Below, in pieces: positions 57,240 through 64,000 of a stretch of DNA of 64,000 nt; within the stretch, counting starts at the first letter, position 1, and each line of letters opens with the position of its first letter. Origin of the DNA: Bugula neritina (Eukaryota; Animalia; Bryozoa); the NCBI GenBank assembly GCA_964035545.1, contig OZ037769.1, positions 7,917,929 through 7,981,928 of the forward strand, in the 5' to 3' direction. Under the pieces are notes generated by a model that saw only the letters and a program-made list of their open reading frames with translations, had not been told where the DNA came from and did no database searches. Made by a program: the position numbers and the translations under genes.

Positions 57240-58225
57240 TCGGAGGCTTTCCCCGAGACACTGCTCTGATGATTGCAGCGTTAGCAGGTCTATCGTTTAT
57301 AAGTTTATCGTAAGCAGATGTAAGCGATTCATGTTATTCCTCATTGGACAAAAGGTGAAGCAACAGAGCATGTCTTATATCTGTTTGTCTACCTGCTAGG
57401 GTTTCTAGCTCTAGCTTCTCACAAGCTGCTGTCAGACTATCCTTCTCTTTGAGGGCTGATATGAATCTTATGACGTTGTGTTGCACGATTTTAATGTCAT
57501 TTATTAGATAATCTAATGAGGTATCCCAAGCAAAAGCTGCATATTCAACATGCAGTCTACATAGGCTTCATGCCCAACTGTTTTTTGGCTTTTCCAATTT
57601 TACTTTGAATGTGTTTGTTAAACTTCAAGTGCGACTGAACAATGACGCCCATGTAGCGGGTCTCCTGCACAATTTCTAGGGTTGTCCTGTCTAGCACATA
57701 GTTGGTATCTGGGCAAGTTGCAGTCTGATTGAAAAGAAGAACTGAACATTTATCAACGTTGAAGGACATGCACCACATATTTGCCCATTGCTGAAGTGCT
57801 TACACATAGTTTTAAAATTTTGATTTGTCTTGAGCTTTGTTGACCACCTGAAAGATAAGGGTGCCATCAGCAAATAGACTTATGCTACAACCATTATGGT
57901 CTGGTAGATCATTAACGTAGGCTAGGAAGAGGGTAGGACCTAGCACCGACCCCTGAGGAACCCCAGAGGTTACAGGCAATCCATATGGAAGTTGCCCTTA
58001 AATCCTTACTTTTTGTTTGCGGTCCACAAGACAGTCATGAATCAATTTCAATATCTGTGTACTTACATTAGGAATGTTCGATAGTTTTTGCATTAGGCGT
58101 TAGTGTGGAACTTTGTCAAACACCTTCACAAAGCCAAAAGATTCTGCATGAATGGTATCCCCTTTGTCTACATGCCAAACAATGTCGTGATGTGTGCCAC
58201 ATAGTAGACCCTTTTCAGAAGTTCC
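57240..58225 (-). mobile_element. Degenerate 5'-truncated CR1-like LINE (RT C-terminal half)
   Basis: Minus-strand motifs KVFDKVPH, VTSGVPQGSVLGPTLFLAYVNDL, LFADG, W.MSFNVDKC, with stops and frameshifts. Confidence 0.85.
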
Positions 58226-58739
58226 TCTAGGAGCATTCATATTTTGGCGTTGTCCCCTCCCACACAGAAGCAGAGAGATATGCTAATACAGATGAGCCAG
58301 TGTGCCTCATTAACTAAAGGCATGCACTCCAACCAATAATTTTGATCATTTAGAGTTTAGTAAGACAGAGCTGGCTATTGTATATAATAACCAGCTCTGT
58401 ATTGTATACAATGACCATATTATTATCTAAAGAGTTGAAGGTTGACAGCTCTAAACAGTGTTGTCACAGCCAGCACAAAAATGATTAATCGAATTTCTAT
58501 CATAGCTCCCACTTGAGCATTGCTCAAATAACCAAAACTACAAGAATGTTTTGAAGTTGTTTTTTTTTCAAAATTTATCAAGAAAAATTGTTACAAAAAT
58601 TCTGAAACTGCTAATGTGTGCTTATGCCAAAATATTTTTTTCCGAAAAAAAAAGAAACTTATGCTAGCAATAGTCTTCGCACAAACCTTAAAGTCCAATG
58701 TAAAAACTAAGGTAATGCACTATTAGCCACTTGGGAAGT

Positions 58740-59633
58740 GCCCAACGTTGCCAACTCTCACCACGAGTAGGTCGTGCATTACTAGAGTCAAACTGTCACA
58801 CTTTATATTACATACCACTCCTTCTAATTTATCGCAGCATCATGTAATGTGTACTCTACATCCAGATCTTCTGACGTTACTTCATATATTTTATGTTTGT
58901 TTGTAGTCATGCTCTCCTTCTTTGAAAGACGTACTTTTGCATAATGTCCTTTGCAACCACAGTTATTACATTATCTATCATGCAGGGCGCTTGCGTGGTT
59001 GATGTGAGCCTGTGCAACATTTGCGATTCGTTTTAGGTTTGGATGTAGGCTGTACTGTACTTCTTGGATGTTGAGTGGGGCCCGATAGCTGATGGTTATA
59101 TTTGGCTTTAGCTTTTTCATTGATTATACGAGCTTTGAATTCAGCATCAACACTTGATGCATGGAAATTGCTGCTTCTCAGTGTTGGCAGATGGCTATAC
59201 ACCTCTCTAGTGTTAAATCCTCTGTGACATTAAATAGCTCTTTGCGCATTGCCTCAGAATGAATACCAAAGATTATTATATCATGCAGAGCGTTGTTTTA
59301 TCTGCATGAAAGTTATAAGTTGCGTTTAGTTTTCGCAGTGATGATAGGATTTCATCAACTGGCTCACCTGTCTGTTGAATTCTGCTGTAGAGTTTGTACA
59401 GCTTAAATTATTTTTTAATTTTTGAATTGAAGTATTTACTGAAAGCGGCTTTTACTTCATTAAATTTTTCTTTTCGTGTCCTCCTCCGACAAATTGAGCA
59501 TCATGAACAGCTCCTGTCCTTGAGCTCTTTGAATAGTCAACAGAGTTGCTACGTTCTTGAACCTTTTGTGGCTTAAAGTTCTCATTAGCAAGCATATAAA
59601 AGTCACATTATTATAGCCATGCCAGCCAGTTTC
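58740..59633 (-). mobile_element. Decayed gag-only Gypsy remnant
   Basis: Broken gag (RIQQTGEPVDE, IIFGIHSEAMRKELL, knuckle CNNCGCKGHYAK), then PPT-like AGAAGGAGTGGTA (58813-58825) and LTR-like start TGTAAT at 58812; far LTR end not defined. Confidence 0.62.
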
Positions 59634-61574
59634 TGTTGAATGTGTGGCCATTGTGTAAAGTATTAATTATGAAATACGATATTGATGGCTGATTTAATTT
59701 ATCGAGCAAACTGACTGACTGATTTAATTAATTGATAAGAAAATATTTATTAGAATGAAAAACAGCACTATGGTTTGTAATACATAAAACGAAAGAGAAG
59801 AGGTAAAACAAGTATGCAGCGATTCTAATACAGAAATTAGTATATTGTCATGTGATTGTCATGAATGTGATTAGCGATAGGATCGCATAATTGTTTCTCA
59901 ACACGCCCCCCCCCCAAGCATGTGATTCGATAGCTAGTAGCTCTAGTGCAATTCTATGATTGGTTTTAGGCAAGCTTTTAGTCATGGCATCGGCAGGGTC
60001 CTCTGCTCCTCTGATGTGTTGGTACAAAATGGTGGTTTGCTCTTTGATAAAGTGGAATCTAATGTCAATGTGTTTGCTCCTCTGATGTGAGTATGGTTGT
60101 CCCTTAGTAAGGGCAATGGCTCCAAGGTTGTTGGTGAAAAGTGTGTTAGGGTTATGCTGTTTCATATTAAATGTTTTGCACAAAGTCTGTAGGAATAGCA
60201 TCTCCTTTGTAGCTTCGGCTAATGCCATGTATTCGGCCTCACATGATGATAAGGCCACTGTAGGCTGTCGTCGGCTGTTCCAACTTATAGGGACTCCACT
60301 CAGTGTGAATACATATCCTGTTGTTGATCTTCGTGTGGAGGTTTCTCCGCCCCAATCTGCATCCACATAGCCCACTAGTTCTTGTTGATTGGCAGTGAAT
60401 CTCAGATTGAATCCTTTTGTACCTTTAAGGTATCGTAGCAGCCGTTTCAAAGCAGCAATGTGTGCAGGTCCAGGTCTTTCTAGGTGTTGGGAGGGCTTCC
60501 CAATGATCCATGCTAGGCCTGGGCGTGTGGCGGTCATTAGATATATGAGAGAACCTATAACCTGTCTGTAGGAGTAGCCCTTTGAACGCTTATATTCGTC
60601 GTCGTCGTCGTCTAGTTGTAAGTCCTTCTCAGCAGGAGTATATACAGGGTTACAATCTGTCATATTGTAGGTGTTCAGCAGTGTGTCTATGTAGTGCTCC
60701 TCTGACATAGTGTACTGGTCCTCATGCTTCCTGAAGTCTATCCCCAGGAACCAGCTTAATTCTCCTCTATCATCCATGTTGAACTTTTGTTACATCATAG
60801 ATTTGGTTTGTGTGATTCTGTTGTCATCTCGGCAGCAGAGAAGAATATCGTCAACCCAGAAAAGAATGTGATATTGGCTGATTTGTCTGTAGGATCTTCT
60901 TTTGAGTATAGACAAGGGTCTCCCGCACCATGTGTGAAGTCTTGTTCCTTGAGGAAAGTGGTCAGTGTTTGGTGCCAATTGCGTCCGCTTTGTTTGAGGC
61001 CATATTTGGATTTGTTGAGACGAAAAGAAAGCTTTCCTTGGTTGTTGGTTTCTTCGTATGCTTCAGGCTGTTGTAGATAGATTTTATTATCGATTGGTGC
61101 GTTTAGGTACGCTCTTTTAACATCTAGTTGATGTATCTTCATGTTTTCATTTGCTGCTTTCTGTAACAGCAATATGATCGATGTGAATCTGTTGTTTGGA
61201 CTGTGGGTTTCGTCATAGTCAACTCCTTGTATTTGTGAGTATCATTTTGCTACGTATCTAGCTTTATGCTGAGTTTCATCTGGGGTCTTTCCCTGTTTGA
61301 GGGTATAAACCCATCTACCCTTGGTCTCTGTCCTGTCCTCAGGTAGCGGCTGGATGGACCAGGTATGTGAATCACGTAGGGTGTTTATTTCCTTGTCCAG
61401 AGCTCTCTTTCAGGCTTCTTTATCTTTTGAATTTACAGCTTTTTGGTAGGACTGTGGTATGATTGCCATCAGTCAGCAAGCATAGTCAGTGTCTTCTATG
61501 TCATAGTCCTGTAGTTAGGTAGGAAATTTTCGTTTCTGTTCCGATTTACTTGGTCCAGGTTGGTCAGTGGCATT

Positions 61575-61790
61575 TGCCGGATCTGGTGCAGGTTCTTGTG
61601 GTATGGTATTCTGAGTACCATTTCTGCTGTTTTGTGCGGGTCCTTGTGGCATGACGTTCATTGCGTCATTTCCGCATTTTTGTGCAGGTTCTTGTAGCAT
61701 GGTATTCTGAGTACCATTTCTGCTGTTTTGTGCAGGTCCTTGTGGCATGACGTTCAGTGCGTCATTTCCACATTTTTGTGGTATGACATT
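61575..61790 (-). repeat. 48-bp alternating tandem repeat in the Copia IN-RT linker
   Basis: PQGPAQNSRNGTQNTM / LQEPAQKCGNDAMNVM units. Confidence 0.85.
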
Positions 61791-63831
61791 TCTGGATGTG
61801 ACAATTTTCTGATTGGGGGTAAGTATAAGGTAGCCTTAGGCCTTTGTGTTGACGTCAAGGTATATGCCACTTTGTCCGCGGTCACTGAGCTTTAACTTAT
61901 TTCCCTCTGAGTAAAATGTGCATTGAGATCAGAAATTGTGAATTTTTCTCATGTCGGGTGGCGTGCCTGTAAATAACTCATAAGCTGTCTTTCCCGTTCG
62001 TCTCTGGTAGCTTTGGTTTCTTAGGTACTTGGCATGGTCAGCAGCAAAACTCCAGAAAGTCTTGGGAAGATCTGAACTTTTGAGTAGGCATCGTACTGTG
62101 TCCATTATGGTACGCCAGGTCCTCTCTGATTTACCATTCTAGTATGATGAGTAGGGGGCTGTAGTGGTGTGTTTGATTCCCATCTCACGTAACACGGCTT
62201 CAAATGACTGTCCAAGGTACTCCATGCCGTTGTCAGTGTGGATCTCCTTCACATTTCCTATAGGTGCCGTATCTGCAATGAATTGCTCAAGTGCAGTGGT
62301 GGCGTCACTTTTGTGTCGTATATTGTAGGTAAACAACATACTAGAAAATTCATTTATGAAGTTTATTATGTAGTTTTGTCCACCTCTAACAGTTGATGTG
62401 ATGGGTCCGCATAAGTCAGAGTGTACGCTTTGCATAGGCTGTGTAGCTAGTTAAGGATTGTGGCCTTGTTTGTGAGGTTGTTTGGTGATTTTGCTTTCAT
62501 CACATGTCTTGCATGCAATTTTTTTATTTTGCTCCTGTTATGGTCATACCAGTTGTCACTTTCTCCAGCTCAATTATGTCATAGGTGTTCATGTGACCTA
62601 GTGCCTTGTGCCAATTGGGCAGCGATTTTGCAGTATTCATTGAGTCACCTGCATTGGTTGTCTTGAAGAAGTACAATCTGCCTTTGGGCATAATTGGAAA
62701 AGTTGTCCTGTTGACTGTTAGTATATTTTTCTCTTTGGAGAAATTTACTTTTGCCCCTTTTTGTGTGGCGGCATGGACTGAAAATAGGCTTGTTGGTATT
62801 GTTGGTGCCAGCAAAGCGTCTTTTAGATGAATCTGCTGCTCCATATTGTTGTCATCAGTAATAGTAAACTCAATGTAGTGGTTGTCCGGCTTGAAAGTTT
62901 TATCAAAACTAATGGAGTTGTTTTCATTGTTGACTAGATGACTTGTCGTTCCGCAGTCCACCATCAGCAACTGTCCGTCTTGACTTTTATTTTGTGTGGC
63001 TATGTTGCATTGGTTTGATGCATTCACAGTGAAGGCATATGTGGCGTTTGCAGATGAAATTTCAGTTTTATTTGCCTTTTTCTTTGTCTAGCAAACTGAT
63101 TCAATATGTCCAGTTTTCTTGCAGTAATTGCAGAATAGTTTGGGTTTTGAATAACAATCTTTTGTGGAATTATTTTTACCACAAGCCATGCATTGTTTAT
63201 CACGTTTGTTTGTGGATTTGAAATTGTCTCTTCCTTTAAATACCATGGCTGTAGATTGAGAGCACCGAGCTGACTCGGTAACGTCAAAGTTGGTTAGAGC
63301 TGCTTTGAACTCTGATAGGGTTTGATTTTTGTCAAGTTGCGTATGCACTACAACAAAAGGCTGGTAGGATGTTGGTAATCCTTTCATGATCATTGCGATC
63401 ACCAAATTGTCACTAATATTTTCCCCAGCAGACTTGGGGCCTGCTAATAGTTCTCAGCACGAATCAGGTAATCTATAATGTCTTCTGTATCGTTCATTTT
63501 TACAGTTGTAAGTTGTTAATAAGGAGTTGATACTCTAGGCTTTTGTGTACTTGCATAATGTTCTTTTAGAATTTCGAATGCTTTCCTTCCATCGTCTTTG
63601 GCATCTCTCATCACAAGTTGAAGAGACTTTTCGTCTAAAACTTGTACCAGCTCAGCGTAGGCTCGCTTGTTCTTTTTGTTGAAATCAGCAGCATTTTCCT
63701 TTTCTTCTTCTTTGGGTAAAAGGGCGGTGTATACACCTCCATCTTGTGTGTACAAGTATGAAGTGAATCTTTTTTCCCAAATTGAGAAATTTTTTGAGTC
63801 ACCATCAAAGAGAAGTGTGTGTTTGAAGCCA

Positions 63832-63845
63832 CCGGGCCCATAACC
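63832..63845 (-). other. Copia-type PBS (internal tRNA-iMet fragment)
   Basis: GGTTATGGGCCC directly after the 5' LTR, as in Drosophila copia half-tRNA priming. Confidence 0.85.
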
Positions 63846-64000
63846 TGTTGAATGTGTGGCCATTGTGTAAAGTATTAATTATAAAATATGATATTTATTG
63901 CTGAGTTAACTTATCGAGCAAACTGACTGACTGATTTAATTAATTGATAAGAAGATATTTATTAGAATGAAAAACAGCAAGATGGTTTGTAATACATAAA

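Larger units (their letters stand above)
59634..64000 (-). mobile_element. Ty1/Copia LTR retrotransposon, degenerate, runs off the window end
   Basis: 3' LTR 59634-59903 (TGTTGA..TCAACA), 5' LTR from 63846, PPT ~59904, gag-PR(DCGTTSH)-IN(HSDLCGP, TDNG)-RT(WVDD)-RH(YVDADW, SKHIDIRFHF) order, many stops; about 9 differences in 155 compared LTR bases. Confidence 0.95.

Noticed and set aside
58363-58400. Hairpin ACAGAGCTGG...CCAGCTCTGT as ncRNA or Helitron end
   Set aside because: Isolated, with no supporting termini or second copy in the window

Overview
AT-rich, intron-rich eukaryotic (invertebrate-like metazoan) DNA; the species cannot be determined from this window. Seven spliced host genes were reconstructed by hand: PPP4R2 (+), an RWD-MJ1316-2H phosphoesterase LENG9-like gene (-), a DnaJ gene (+), a C9orf72 homolog (+), an orphan CUB-like single-pass receptor with a tyrosine-motif tail (+), an LRRC74-like LRR/EF-hand gene (+) and an ABHD14-like hydrolase (-). 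Mobile DNA includes a young full-length Mag-type Ty3/Gypsy element, a ~1 kb mini-LTR element, a solo LTR, tRNA-derived SINEs, several MITE families (some nested), a CR1-like LINE fragment, and a decayed Copia inserted in a gag-only Gypsy remnant. Best leads: (1) a third ORF in the Gypsy element at the env position, with three zinc knuckles resembling non-LTR ORF1p, its own splice acceptor and His octarepeats; (2) a 28x24-bp minisatellite that multiplies a PPP4R2 splice donor; (3) a two-TM microprotein ORF ending 7 nt before the C9orf72 ATG; (4) the RWD-MJ1316-2H architecture; (5) simple-repeat domains recurring next to gene 5' ends. All homology calls come from recalled motifs, not database searches.
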